From Psammoneis japonica (Eukaryota): 64,000 bases of DNA. Shown here one piece after another: positions 47,750 to 60,817 of this stretch (positions within the stretch are counted from its first letter, which is position 1; each line of letters begins with the position of its first letter). The stretch is taken from assembly GCA_008632985.1 (NCBI GenBank), contig QPGO01000047.1:186001-250000 (forward strand), in the 5' to 3' direction. The position numbers and the translations under genes were made by a program. Under the pieces are notes generated by a model. The model was given only the letters and a program-made list of their open reading frames with translations, was not told the DNA's origin and did not search any database.

Positions 47750-49760
47750 AGTCCGCCGGTAGTAGCGTATCGATCGATTGCGAGTGCAAGCTGTGACACG
47801 AACGACGAATAGTGCTTTTTATCTAGTTTACGACAAGACGGAGTGTTGATTAAATTTTTTTGTTTGTTTAATCTTTTTATTGTACAAGACTCTACTCATC
47901 TTGATTGAATGAAACCAAAATAGATTGCCCAACTGAATTAGAATGGCAAAGCGTCTCCTGCAGAGGGAGCAAGAGTTTCTCGTGTTGAATAGTTTCCTCG
48001 ACTTCAACTTTCCTTTCTCGATTATTAAACAGCCGCCCCTCTACTTTCGAAAAAGAAGGCACCACCTTCATACCGGTACGAATTTGGGTTTGAGTGCCGC
48101 ATGAATCTCTTATTCTCGTTCACATGCTGTTCGGAAACAGTAACATGCTTCGGAATCAGCTCAAATTAAATGTATATCCAATACGAGCTTGAATTCAAGA
48201 CCCAACGCAATCAACCAAACTCTCATTCAACAATATAAAGATGGTTGCCCTCTGATCTCGATAGCAAAGGCCTTTTTTCGGAAAAAGAGAGCCCGAGTTG
48301 AACACAGAATTCAACACGCAAACTCGTCACACCGCATCCACATGTGACACTCGGCAATCCTCCCCTATCGAACATCTTGTTGGAATAATCGTCACAAGAT
48401 TGCACTAACGATATCCCCTTCTCCCCATTGAGCACCTTACAATATGTTGCAATCCGGATCGTCGTCAAAGATGTCAATAAAAACCTGAAAGTGACCTGAG
48501 CCGAGCTGGTCCGTTAGGTGGTCCTCGGTGGTCTGCTTCTCGCGTCCGTCGCCCAATTTCACGTCGTAGAACGGGTCAAGGTCATCATCAAAATGGACCC
48601 TTAAAATCTTTGCTCTCCACGTCTTGTTTGAATGGCGATAATACACGTACTGTCCCTTCTTGAATTTGGACGTTGGCTCCTTCCAAGGCTTCTTGACACG
48701 GTCGTCGCGATGGCCCGACAGATCGTCCTCGGTTGATGGTAAAAACGATCCCGCCAAGTGCATGCGAATGAGAATAGCCAGAGTCACTACCAATATGAGA
48801 CGCAAGAGAAATCCCATGAGGCTACTGACATCAAAATTCTTGAAAGCCATGCCGATATGAAACACGACAACCGCAGCAGTCAAATCGAAGCGCTTCAAGA
48901 CGGCTGCTGCGCTCGCAAAGTCGACACGCTTGATGCATTCCTGGGAAATGCCAACAGCGAGTCCCATACACTTCAATAAGATGGTTTTGGACTTGATGGC
49001 AACGAAATGGAGTTGGCTCCAGATGGGAGACCCGATGATGGAGGACCAAATCGATTTGATAGTAACGTTCGGAAACCACTGCTGCTTGATATGCAAAAAG
49101 TCCTCCGTGAGCCCCAACACCCCTTGGTACAATCCATAGATAAACGTCGAGAATATCGTGATAGAAACAACATCGAGATCTTGTAGTAAGGCGCAATAGC
49201 CGACCCAAAGAGCAAAACGAAGCCAATCGCTCGCGCTCTTGCGTTGAATCATAACTGTAATCAAGTCATAGTGGCTGACATTGATAACGGCGTTCATAAA
49301 GAGGATAGAGGACATCATGGTGATGATGGTGATGCAATGTCTTTGTTGCTTGTACCTTCAAAGAAATTGTGACGGCTTGAATCGATGCCTTTCGAAAGGC
49401 GCTCGGACAGTCGTCAGTACAAAGACACGTAGAATGTACGAGGAATCCCGGCAAAAAGAAAGTCTTGGCACCGTTTCACCATACGGTATACTAATATCGG
49501 GCTGGATATATGTATTGGCCGAAACCGACCTCTAACATCATGGTCACTACCGGTAAACTTGTTCCGACATGGTGGTGTTGCGATCAATTCGGTTGCTTTT
49601 TGACGCTTTGATGGATGTTTTTGGGTCAGGAAAGAAGTTCAACATTTGCCATTATGTCTTTTCGTCTCCCACGTATCTTATATTTAATGACTTGAAGTGG
49701 ATGCAATTGTGTGACGATGTCTGTTTCGTAGGATGAGCTTTTTATTTAGGGGACTCTTTC
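47750..49760. repeat. TpA-intact copy of the segment at about 23230-25230
   Basis: Colinear alignment; normal TA content. Confidence 0.95.
48437..49318 (-). CDS. Hypothetical membrane protein with a C-terminal SH3/Tudor-like barrel; 5' end uncertain
   Basis: Hydrophobic segments, then FKKGQYVYY...AKILRVHFDDDLDPFYDVKLGDGREKQT. Confidence 0.6.
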   Translation of the reverse strand: MMSSILFMNAVINVSHYDLITVMIQRKSASDWLRFALWVGYCALLQDLDVVSITIFSTFIYGLYQGVLGLTEDFLHIKQQWFPNVTIKSIWSSIIGSPIWSQLHFVAIKSKTILLKCMGLAVGISQECIKRVDFASAAAVLKRFDLTAAVVVFHIGMAFKNFDVSSLMGFLLRLILVVTLAILIRMHLAGSFLPSTEDDLSGHRDDRVKKPWKEPTSKFKKGQYVYYRHSNKTWRAKILRVHFDDDLDPFYDVKLGDGREKQTTEDHLTDQLGSGHFQVFIDIFDDDPDCNIL

Positions 49761-50410
49761 TTCATACACACTGTTTCTAACCTCTCACTCTTCTCTCACT
49801 GGCGATGCCCCACACCCACGATGGCGATCAATCAATGAGGTGCGGCTGTCATCAGAGCGGCATTGACAATATACTGTAAATGATGTTCGCACACGTCCTG
49901 TTCAGAATGCCAGGGTTGTAGGTGCGTTGCCAATTCCAAGAGACAGGGCGTTCTGACAGTGCTTTTCCGGCAGGAAAACACCTGGAGATGGGTGCATTTC
50001 CAAAAGTCCAATGCAAATTGTGCGCATGTCTGTCCCACACATGCCGAAAGGATTCGTGGGCCTGTGCAATCAACATCATGGCATTGTCTGTTGTCTGACG
50101 ACAGGCTCTCCCGGTGTCTCACGAGATTTGTCTTGCGACGAATGGAAACAAGAGGCAAGTCGAGATCAGTCATCAACTCGACAAATGATGCGTTCAATTT
50201 TGTCTGCATTGGCATCACAGGCACCCCATTCGTTGATGACTGTCCTGTCTTTTGGCTGTTTCTGGAATGAGCTGAAAGGGGACATTTCTGATCTTGTGGA
50301 CCGAAGCTTTTGTGCTTGTTTGAGTGAAAGACTCTCAAGGAACGAGTTTGAGGTCGTTTTCAAGGCAAAAATGGCGACATTGTGCAGTGGAACATGCATT
50401 CTCTGATTTC

Positions 50411-50535
50411 GCTGGCTTGCAGTCCGCCGCTGGTTTTGAGGGACTTGACTCCAATCATCTGTGGAGGCAAAAACGACTGTGCGACAAAACAAAGTCAGTG
50501 TCGAGGTTTGCACAGGAAGCGTGTCATCTGAAGTG
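50411..50535 (+). pseudogene. Decayed fragment of the isochorismatase-TTL gene (homologous to about 45399-45530)
   Basis: Shared strings ctggcttgcagt, gagggacttgactc, acaaagtcagtgtc; the TA sites are converted. Confidence 0.85.
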
Positions 50536-51899
50536 TCATGGTGCGAGCGACAGTGGCTGACAGTGTGTGACAGCATGGTGTCAGGTGTCACCGGCACATT
50601 CCTGGTGCAGTCGAGTTGAACAAAGAACAAAGCAGCTTCCTCGTGATGGGACGAAATGTCATTGCTTGCCAGAGATGTTGTTTGGCAACAGCATGACAAG
50701 AACCAATCGCAGCCATGCTTCATTGCAATGGCACTGGCCTGCAATGCTGGGACAAGTGTGCCATGTTGAATGCAACAACAAGCATTTGTTGCAGGATCTT
50801 CTCTCAAGAACAAGCACATTGTTTTGATGCACATTCCAGCAGTGTTCACGGCGCGAAATTGCGCGACATTGTTTGAGATTGTCCAACTTGCAAGTTGATT
50901 GGCAAAGCTGACAAGCAAAAAGAGGAAGAGAATGCACTCAAGAACCACAGGCGTCAGAGCAAGCAACCTTCATGATGGCACATGAATCATGCAATTTCCT
51001 TCAGCATGGGACTTTCATGTTTGGAATTGCATGCGAGCGGTGCTTGAAAGAGTGGAAGCAGTGCTGGTCCAAAATCAAGAATGCCACAACTCTGTTCAAG
51101 AGCAAGATGTGCACATCATGATGACTTTGTTGCTCATTTCATTGGAGCACCAAGAATCAGCCTTTTCCTTCCAGAATGCCCAATATCTGAAGCACTGATT
51201 TGACAGATGAGATCAGGGTTGAAATCCCTCGTGATTCTTGCTTTGGCACTTTGACTGATGTGTTGATGGACAGTTTCAAGGAGCACACCACTCTCTTGAT
51301 GCTGGTGCTTGTCATTCTCTTCTCACACTTGATGGTCCAAACACAGCATGACAAGCAAAGATTGGAGTGCCTTTCAAAGCACACAGCACTTTGAACAACA
51401 TCTTTTGACCAACAAATGGAGTGGCAGTCAACTCGATGCACAGTTTTCCACAAAAATCCTTGGACATTGTTTTTGTGCAAATCAAAATTGCAAACGTCAT
51501 CAACGAGTGCCATTTCGATGCGTGCACTCTTCTTCAAGATGTGGCTTGGCAAGCAAGGTGATTGGTGCACAGTTGTTTTTGACAGAGGATGATTGCTCTT
51601 GCAAGATTTGGTCTTCATGACTGGGCATTGCTGACGAACTTGAAAACGCACTGAAAGAGAAAAAGCATTGCACGTCGCCACAAAGCCCGAATCTTCCCAA
51701 CCCCGGCCCACTTCCTGCACAGCACTCAATCATGATTTGCTTTGTCTTTGAAGGCCAGGACATGAATTGTGGGAGGATGCAGTGCCTGTCATTCAAAACT
51801 TAATTTCCAATGAGCGAATTTGATGTGTTGGGCTCTTTGTCAAAACTGCGCAAAAGTCATTGCTGTGTCTGTTTCGAATCTGACCTTGCTGCGATCGCC

Positions 51900-52135
51900 T
51901 TCCTCATTGTCACGCCTCAGATTTGTTGCACAAAAGAGGGTTCTCAAGATTCCGTCAATGCTGCTGAGCGAACATTGGGTCCCATTGACATTTTGGCAGG
52001 CAACCATGGAATCGGATGGCTGCTGAAAAGCCACTTTATGAAACAGATGTGGAGCAATGTCGGCGCTCCATGGCAACAGACCTCGATGGCCCCTTTCACC
52101 TAACAAGGTTTGTGTCACTGGACATGGTCCCAGAG
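51900..52135 (+). pseudogene. Decayed short-chain dehydrogenase/reductase fragment
   Basis: AERTLGPIDILAGNHGIG followed by SMATDLDGPFHLTR. Confidence 0.6.
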
Positions 52136-54739
52136 ATTTGGTTGATGTGTTGGTCTGCACATCTTCAACTGCAGCTGCTAAGGAGCAGAACCAATGGTTG
52201 GATGCAATGGGTCAAAGGCACCTCAACAAAGAAATGAACCTCTCAGACTTGGAAATTCACTGGGGCCACAAGACTTTTGCACTTGAACTTGCAGCTCTGC
52301 ATTGCCTCTTGATCATTGGAGCACAGATGCAGCCACTGCATGGCGAAGCAAGGACGGGCTGAAACTGCATTGGGGAAAGCGTCGCTGTCTCTCAAACAGA
52401 CTCAAAAGTTCTTGTGACAACAAACGGAATGCTGCACAAGGCACAAGCCAGAAATGGGGCAGAAAAGGCACATTCTCCTGTTGTCTGTTGTTCCCTTTTG
52501 TGCTTCAAAAGACTTGGTGGGTGCTGCACTCACCTTTAAATCGCTGCACAAATCCAAATGGTTTTAGAAACAATGCAAATGCTGTGTCCACAAGTGTTTT
52601 GTAGAATGGCGTCAGCCCAAGGAGACTCCGTCCATCATGTCCGACAGTGGGTTCACCCAGGTTGACATCTTGATGCTGCAGGCCACGATCAAAGGTGGCA
52701 ACATCACATCTCTTCAATCACAAGAAGTGCGAGTCCTGCGGATGTGCTGCACTGGTTGACGGATTCCAAAACAGAACACAACATGGCCCTTCAACATCCT
52801 TGAACATGGCAGTCGGTGGTCTCACTTTGTGTCGTGTTGCAGATGACATTGTTGAAAAAACAAAAAGAGCACAAGGTCTTTGTTTGCCTTGCATTTGCCG
52901 CATGCTCAATGGCAGCCCAGGGATGTTTTCGTTTCATGTTCACCACTGTCAAGCACAAGGAGCACATCGCTCATTTGCTGTCCTTCGATTTGTCTCCATT
53001 TGGTCACTGAGTTGCTGGTGCATCTCTTTCAGTTGTGCTCCTGTGGAATTCAAAGGCTGTCGGCAGACTCGCTGCCACCATGCCAATTTTGTGGTGTTGT
53101 TTCCCGCACTCCTTTCCTGATTGACAGTTTGTTTGAGCTTTTGTTTGTGACTCCATTTCTGAAACAGGACCATTTAGATGGCAATGCCTGTCAAGCCACA
53201 CATGAGAAAATGAACAAGCCTCCCATGTCCATGAAGGACGGCCTTGCGTTTGAGTCAATCCCTCAGAACCATTGGCAACACTGGCCGCCGTGTCGCAGTT
53301 GGCATCCGCAGTGGCTTTGATTGCTTTCTTCCACTCAGTGCTGACAAAACCATCTGCATGCTTTTCGAGAAGATGCAAGAATGAGAGAGGCACAGAGTGC
53401 TCCAGAGTCAGAAAAGGTTGCAAGACCACCTCGGATGAATCTGGACACTCAGCCAACCAAAGAGAGTCGGCATCAGCCATTTGGCTTTGCTGTTTCTTTT
53501 GTGCCTGTCCCAGCTTCTGACTGCCGTTCATGCCAGTGTGCACTCTCCACGGGCAACTCCCGACAAACAGGTTCTTCCCCGCACTTGCTGGAAAGTGCAT
53601 GAGTTTGGCACCGGAGTGGGCATCCAACACCTTGAATTCGTTGGTGCTGTCTGCAAGGACGCGCATTGGAAGTTTGAGTCAAACAGCTTGGTCGACGATC
53701 TCCACTTGGATGGAAGGAGTCTTTTCCACCACAAGAGAGCCAGCTGGGTTTGCGGTGCAGGCAAATGCCATGGAAGACTCCAGAAAGCAAAGGCAAAACA
53801 AAAAGCTGGGCATGGTTGGTGCTCAGCTCAAATTTGACATCCCGGCAAAGCTGAGTGCCACAAAGCAGATTGTTTCTGTGGGTTCATTTCTCACTTGGAA
53901 TCTTCATTAAAACGCTCCACTGCATGGCTTAAAAATGACAAACAAGACGGAACATCAGTGACACAAGCCTGCAAGTTCCAGGGCAATCAGAGCATGCAAA
54001 GAACAACACACTCCACATGCAGGTCAAGACCGCGACGAGAAATGTGACAATGATCATGACCCACACGCTCCATTCAAAAGGCTCCAAGAAGGACCAAATG
54101 TCAAGTTTTGAATCACTCTCCTAATTGCCGACCGCACATTTCCATCAATCACCCTCTCTGGAAAGCTCGCTCTGGAGTTGATTCTTTGAACGTCCTCCCG
54201 CAGCAATGTCATAAGTTTGAAGCGTCCATTGGAGCACTTCATCTGCACTCATGTTCCCCATTTCTGCTCTTATGTCAGTCACGAAAATGCACCAAAGGGA
54301 GCCAAACGTGAACCTCAAGGCCCTCGAAGAGCATCACACAACAGACCTGTTCTATTGTCCACACCTGCTGCATGCCGCTCACACACACTCTGGCGGTGCG
54401 AGATGCTGCAGACTAGTCAAAGGCGGGTGTTCTGAAACTGGGCAGTTCCTGAGCGATGCATGCCATCTTTTGTATGCTGAATTTGTGGATGAGAAAGAAT
54501 GCCAGAGAAAGAATGCCAGGAAGGGCCATCTGATGGGCATCTTGGAAGAAAATAGCATGGGTGTTCTTTTAACGGTGCTTGTGCCGATTGCATTCATGCG
54601 AAACAAGATTCGGTCAAACCATGGAGAAGTGAAAGTGCATCGTCATGGCAGTGCGTACCGCTAGAGACTCGTCGTTCTGCGAAATAAACAGTAGCATAAA
54701 AAAGAACCTATCCATTCTGATATGATTCTATTTTAAAGA

Positions 54740-55930
54740 CTAAGGCATTTGCAATGAGATTCCAGCCTCAGCCAAATCCTGCTGGCATGCTTTTTCCAAC
54801 TTTGGCACGACCAGCTTCTGCTCCTCGGCCGTCAATAGTTCGAATCGAATCCCGTCGTCCTCATCGTCAACTTGTCTTGCCAACAATGTAAAAGGCTTGA
54901 GCATTTGTACAAGTGAGTATGCTTTTCCGTCCTTAAAGTTGAATCCACTAGTCTCAATGCAACCCATTCGTTGTTCAAATCCTTTCCAATGCATCAAACT
55001 CCTTGGCCGGGTCCTCGTCCAAAATGTCATTCATCATCTCCTGCATCCCTTCTACATCGTCCTTGGCTTCCCCCATACCAGGGATATTGAACAATGCAAG
55101 AATATCGTCATCAATGTCAAAATTATCGTCATTCATTGTCTTCTGATATTCTTCTTCCCCTAGCTCTTCTCTCATGAACTTGTGAAAGTCATCCATACTT
55201 TCATCTGAATCATCCATTAGATTTTCGAGGTCGACCGTCTGGAAAAACTTATCCTGCCAACCATCCGTATACTTTCCAATATCTCCCGAGATTGTCAAGA
55301 CACGAGGAGTACGCTTGAGTTTCAAGTCGTCGCCTAGAGTCTTTTGCAACTGACTCGCCATGATTTGCATCAATTCGACATTCTCCTCGTCGTCGGGTGA
55401 CAGATACACTACCGAGCCATCGGCTTCTTTAATGGCAATAGCCGCCGAGTGCTCACTCGGAATTCCCACAGCATAATTCACTCCATCCAACTCCACCATA
55501 AATCTCAATTTGCAGTCAATATAACTCCGTCCATCCACAAAGGGTACGTTTATGTTTTTCAGTTCAGCGTCGTCTGCTGTTTCCAACGAAAGGTCCAACA
55601 ACGTCTTGGATGGTCGACCGCTTGCACTCGTGCTACTCACGGGTCTCTTGTCAGAGACGTCGACGACGACGATGACTCTTGGTCGTCTGATACATTCTCA
55701 AACTCCACGTCCACCACGTCGGACGACGACGACGACTCGAGCATAATAATCCGCGTACTAGTACTGCTTCTTCTTTTTGGAGACGCTTGACGAGTAGTTA
55801 CGATCCAACCGTGGCTACTACAAGGTGGCGACGAAACAAATGCACCCGTCGCCACAACAACAATACATGACAATAAAAGCATTGCAGTAGAAGTAAAGGG
55901 CTGACAATAACGGCGGCGTGAATTTCTCAT
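54740..55930 (-). CDS. DUF3727-like, probably plastid-targeted protein, split by small frameshifts (near 55640 and 54940-54990)
   Basis: Signal peptide plus TG-AFVS cleavage-like motif and Ser/Arg-rich transit peptide; LKRTPRVLTISG, YSLVQMLKPFTLLAR, FELLTAEE resemble cyanobacterial/plant DUF3727. Confidence 0.6.
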
Positions 55931-56000
55931 GGTGGACGGCTGTATTAGTGTGATGTGTGGATGTGCTGTGTGCTGTGTGCAATCCGAAACCCGGATGGAA

Positions 56001-56083
56001 TCGCGAGGTCTAATACTTTTTTGCGAGGTCTAATGTTTTTTCGCGAGGTCCAACGGTTTTTGTCTGGACCTCAGACCTCGCAA
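56001..56083. promoter_or_regulatory. Three GCGAGGTC motifs at exact 20-bp spacing plus one inverted copy, in a divergent promoter
   Basis: Units start at 56001, 56021 and 56041; inverted GACCTCGC at about 56074-56081. Confidence 0.45.
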
Positions 56084-56259
56084 CTTACAGTACGTACGGT
56101 CATGCGTTTCGCATCAAAGAGAGCTCAAAGCCCTACAGTACTTGAACAACGCTGTTTGTTGCGGTGCGTGTTTGTTTGAACGGTGATTGCGGATTGCGGC
56201 GCTATACTCGTTTGCTGGCTTGAGTTAAGAATTAAAAGGCCCTTGACTACGCCGTAAGG

Positions 56260-58676
56260 ATGGTGAACGTGACGAAATCCAACTTTATCGAGGTACAAAA
56301 GAAAAAATACAATATGCTTGCTTTTTCACATGAAATTTTCAAAAAGTACGAGTGAGATGCCATACCTTTGCCCTAACATCCAAGCGTACCGTTCCTATCG
56401 TATATTATAGCAATCCAATGACTTGATCAAGCATTTACCGACTGCTGCCTTTGTCGCTCTGGATGAGGAAATGACGGGAATCAGTTTGCCATGGTCGAAA
56501 CGTCCGAGTAAGGATGATACTCCCTCCAAGCGATTTGAATCCACCAGAGGAGCCCCAGAGCGATACTCAATTATTCAGGCGAGTTTTTTATGTTTTTAAT
56601 TCCCAAATCTATGTTACAAAGAAACGACTGTCGCTCACAAAGCATACTTCTGTGTAAACTTAGGTTGGAATTGCTCTCTTCCACGAGCATCCAGCATATG
56701 ATCCGTTGAATTCCAACTCTGCGGAGTTTCTTGTGAGACGCTACAACTTTTACGTCTTTCCACCGTCCATCAACAACCGAAGTGGTCGAGAGGTAACCAT
56801 GAATCCATCGACAGTTGCCTTTCTCAACAAGAACAACATGAGCTTTGATCGTTGGACCAAGGAAGGCATACCCTATGTGGAGACGGGACGAGCCGAGACG
56901 TTAATGGCCAAGCATAAAGAGGAATTGATTCAGTTGCAACAAGAGGCCGAGGGACAAGAGTCACCCATATCCAATGGCAAGAATCGTCGCAAGGTGGTAC
57001 TGACACGACTTGATGATATCAGTTTTCATGCACGTGCCATGGCCAATCTCCGTGAATGGATCGATTCCTCCAACCGAGCCGCCGCAAGAGCAGCACAACG
57101 ACAAGGCGATGCTGCTGCTGCTCTGGACCCGTCCATGTCCTTTTTGTTGCCCCAGTGCAACTCGTTTCTCCGTCGTGCCCTCTACGAGTCGATTCAAGCC
57201 GAATACCCCGCCTTGATTTTGGAACGAGGTGGAACGGACGCTCCGAATCAAATTCGGGTTTGGCGGTTGAACCCGGAGCAGCAAGAACAACGTCTTATCC
57301 GACTTGCCAAGGAAAAGTGGGAAAACTTGATGCTGGAACAAGTTGGCTTTTGGCGTGTCTTTTACGCGCTCTCCAATGCCTGTCGAGGTCTACACGAGGA
57401 GAATTCTGTCGCGCTCGTTTCGGAAGCAAGCGAGATTGATTTGGAACGGGATGTATCCGTAACACGGACTGGACGCCAGGTTCCAATTGTGGTTCATAAC
57501 GGATGGATGGATTTGATGTTTATGTTTACGCACTTTCATTGCCAAAAGCTACCCGACTCGTACGAGGAAACCAAGAGACTTGTTCACGAGTACTTTCCCG
57601 TCGTTTACGATACCAAAGTCCTTTCGAGCGAGTACTGCTTGGATTTTAGGGTTCGGAGCGATAGTACAACATTGCTAAAACTGCATGAAACGCTGATTGT
57701 ACAAGACATATTGAACTCGAATCCAATCATTGTTTTAGACAATCAAGGAAATGGCGAAGCTCCCCTGTCGACACAAGAGCATGAGGCCGAGTATGATGCT
57801 TTCATGACGGGTGCCATTTTTGCGACCTTGTGCAAGAACATCCTTGATATGAAGGGTGAACGTTTTAGAGCCAATTATCATGTTGATTTAGATGCATCGG
57901 ACGAGTCGCAAACGAATGCTAAGGATGACGATGATGACGATGACGACAATTCAGAAGCATCGAACGAATCGGACGTTTCTTTCGTACAAGACGGTTCTTC
58001 CAAACGCGGCTTTGGTAGCTTGGTCCATCTGCTGGCGCCGACGCATGACCAAGACGTTAGGCGCTACTTTGGACGCAACAAGGTCAGTACAGCATTACTT
58101 GTGTGTTCTCAAACGTTTTACGAAAAGTCACCCGTCTTTAGCTTATCCCTTGTGTATATCCTTTCTTGCCAAATCTAGATATTCTTCTTCAATGGCTTGT
58201 ACACAATGGATCTTGAAGAACCTGCAATGGATCCGTTGAAATTGGGCATGTCAAAAGAGTTCACCTATCGTGTTTGCGGCATTGATACGACTGTCTCCAC
58301 AAGAGACATTACTGGTTGTTTGTCTGGCATTGGAGACTACGAGCTCGTTTGGGTTGATGACACTACATTTATGATTGCTGCAAAGACAGATGAAGGTGAA
58401 GCAGGAGAGAGTAGGATGGCACTACGTCGCAATGCGCGGGCCATTTTGGGGGCGCTTCGTGCTCGCTTTTCTGGCCAAACGATAATCACATTGGACGAGC
58501 ACTTGAAACGCGTTGCTGCGCAAGAGGCGGCCGAAGCGAGATTCGGTAAGGGTATTCATAGTCGGTTGGCCGCGTGGGTGTTCAAGACGTGGCACACGGT
58601 TTTCGGGAGGAAGAAGCGTCCGATTACCGAGGATGGCGAGAGTCAGCGCCCAAATAAGAGACAACGCGTGTCATAG
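56260..58676 (+). CDS. PARN: Poly(A)-specific ribonuclease PARN-like (CAF1 family, DEDDh). Exons 56260-56292, 56411-56578, 56664-58082, 58179-58676.
   Basis: FVALDEEMTGI, YSIIQVGI, VVHNGWMDL, VYDTK, HEAEYDAFMTG; the second intron has a GC donor. Confidence 0.85.
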
Positions 58677-58809
58677 GTTGTCTATGAGAAGGTGTACATG
58701 ATACGGGGTTTGGAGATGGAAGCAAAAGGAATGTGGGGGCTAGCGAGGGATGACTAGAACTTTAATAAGTTAGCAGCCGCAAAATCTGCCTAATAGAACC
58801 TTCAGGAGT

Positions 58810-58974
58810 AGTGCGACCGGTGACATGATCTTTGCATTCGCCTGCTGCGCAACAGAAAGATACAGCATAATCGACGCGGCGCCACAAGAAGGACAGTGCG
58901 ACAGGATATCTGATCTTTGCATTCGCCTGCTGCGCCATAGAAAATTACAGCATAATCGACGTGCGTCACAAGAA
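58810..58974. repeat. 85-bp tandem duplication between convergent 3' ends
   Basis: tgatctttgcattcgcctgctgcgc and tacagcataatcgacg each occur twice, about 85 bp apart. Confidence 0.85.
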
Positions 58975-59113
58975 CAAAAGTGGATCTTCATCTGTCGGTG
59001 CGATTCGTCGAAAACTCGAGTCTGCACCGATATGTGATACTACCGTACAGCTCTCCTGTACAAATACTCCTGCATCTACTGACGAGGTTTCTTTACAAGC
59101 TTCGTGCTCTTGA

Positions 59114-60817
59114 CTAGTTTCCAATGTATACTCTGATGATATCCGCGATAGAGGCATAGGTACCAATGACGAGAAACACAAGTCCAGCCAAGAACAAAAG
59201 GTAGCACTTGATCAATTGTGGCCAGTGTAACTTCCAAGAATTCGGTGCAGGAATACAAATCCATTGCGACTCGACCAAATCGTCGTTTCCATAGTCCAAC
59301 CGTTTAATCCAGGCGAGCTCCAAAAGGGGTGGGATCAGTAGAGCCGTTGACGAGCCAGCCAGGGCACCTGCTAGCGAGATTAGGGCTTGTACATTTGGTA
59401 CAATGACTGCCACCAAGTAGGTCAACATGACCAGCAGTGCTCGCAAGAGTGGGGAGTCTCCCGGCATGGTCATCTTTGGAAGTTGTGTGGCTATTGAAAA
59501 GACGTTCAAAGATGAGGTACGCGAGTTTGCACTTGAGTCAATCTCGTCGCTTTCAGCGTCACCATTCAACTGTCCATAGTGGTGTTCCGATGCTGGGGTC
59601 ATCTCTGAGGGCGATACCGGTCTATGCTCTTCAAGTGGCGGTAGCGGCTCAAACGCCGATAGATCATTGTCCTCATCCGTAGTCCCGTCAGGTCGATTGA
59701 AATAGTGCAGTAGCTTTCTTGATAGCCAAGGCCCGATGAGTTCCAATGCAGGAAAGAGTTGAAGTGGATAGGTCAATAGTACAGACAAGCTCACGGCCGT
59801 ATTTGCCACCATGAGCCACCCCGCAATTGAAGGATCGTCTCGGTATGTTTCAACAAGAAAGGCAGTTACACTTCCATTGGTCACCTTTCCAAATACCCAA
59901 ACACAAGTACACGATACAGCGGCCAGAACAAAAGCAACAAACGTCATGGCTGAAACAAACACTTTTTGGAAGTGCTGCGGTTCTTTCATGGCAGACTCAA
60001 CCGGTAAAATTAGGCAAATGCCTTCATAGGAATAGAGAATTGCACATATTGCCAAAGGAGAAGAGGAAAGGTGGATAGTAGGAGTCTCCTCCGGTCTGTC
60101 ACTCCATTTCTCTCCAACCACAACACCCAAGCAGCCAAAGCCGAGAAAGAGCAATAGGGTTGCAACAGCAACAACTGGTGCCAATGCTTTGAGATTAGGA
60201 AGACAGCTCAGCATCATGACTGCCGGAAGAACCATTGTAATGACAAAACCATGGCCGATATTGTTCACCTCGAGGCGTGTCAGAACAGCAAGCAAGTTTT
60301 CTCCGACAAAGGATAAAAACACGGTACAAACAGCCAGTTGCGTGACGCAGATACAAGCTCTAATGTACGCCTGAAATTTTGTTCCATCCGCCCAATGTCC
60401 GACATCAGGATACGTAATGTTGGTAGATATGGACGTTGCGGTGCCCTCTTCTTCTCCGTCGTTTTGTTCCGGGTTATCGTCCGCTTGGGTTTGTTCAATG
60501 TATCTCTTTATCTTGACGACGGTCCAGCAGTTGTACGACGTCCAGTACGACATGGCAAATATTGCAATGAAGCCTCCCGGTATTCCCAACTGACCCACAG
60601 CCCACGGAAGACTAAGACACCCCGGGCCGAGGTAGCCCTTGAGCAAGTGAAGAAAGGTCTCGGTGCACGTGGTTTGGTGAAGCTCGTCTTCATCGTTCTC
60701 TGCAGAAGTCACGCTGGTTCGTCTGCTTGTTGATAATTCACCCGTGGCGCTATTGTATTCTCTCATAATATCAATAGAAAGAGGGCGCGCCTCGTCATTG
60801 GGGTCATCAATGGACAC
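59114..60817 (-). CDS. Amino acid transporter, AAAP/SLC36-like; 5' end uncertain
   Basis: FLHLLKGYLGPGCLSLPWA, YSYEGICLILPVESAMKEP, LTYPLQLFP; about 11 TM segments. Confidence 0.9.
   Translation of the reverse strand: MSIDDPNDEARPLSIDIMREYNSATGELSTSRRTSVTSAENDEDELHQTTCTETFLHLLKGYLGPGCLSLPWAVGQLGIPGGFIAIFAMSYWTSYNCWTVVKIKRYIEQTQADDNPEQNDGEEEGTATSISTNITYPDVGHWADGTKFQAYIRACICVTQLAVCTVFLSFVGENLLAVLTRLEVNNIGHGFVITMVLPAVMMLSCLPNLKALAPVVAVATLLLFLGFGCLGVVVGEKWSDRPEETPTIHLSSSPLAICAILYSYEGICLILPVESAMKEPQHFQKVFVSAMTFVAFVLAAVSCTCVWVFGKVTNGSVTAFLVETYRDDPSIAGWLMVANTAVSLSVLLTYPLQLFPALELIGPWLSRKLLHYFNRPDGTTDEDNDLSAFEPLPPLEEHRPVSPSEMTPASEHHYGQLNGDAESDEIDSSANSRTSSLNVFSIATQLPKMTMPGDSPLLRALLVMLTYLVAVIVPNVQALISLAGALAGSSTALLIPPLLELAWIKRLDYGNDDLVESQWICIPAPNSWKLHWPQLIKCYLLFLAGLVFLVIGTYASIADIIRVYIGN

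Larger units (their letters stand above)
49930..54100. other. TpA-depleted tract 3 (fades out to about 54640)
   Basis: TA nearly absent; decayed gene fragments. Confidence 0.9.

Noticed and set aside
54740..55930. Programmed frameshifting in the DUF3727-like gene
   Set aside because: The breaks look like single-base losses in short homopolymers, more consistent with sequencing error or recent pseudogenisation
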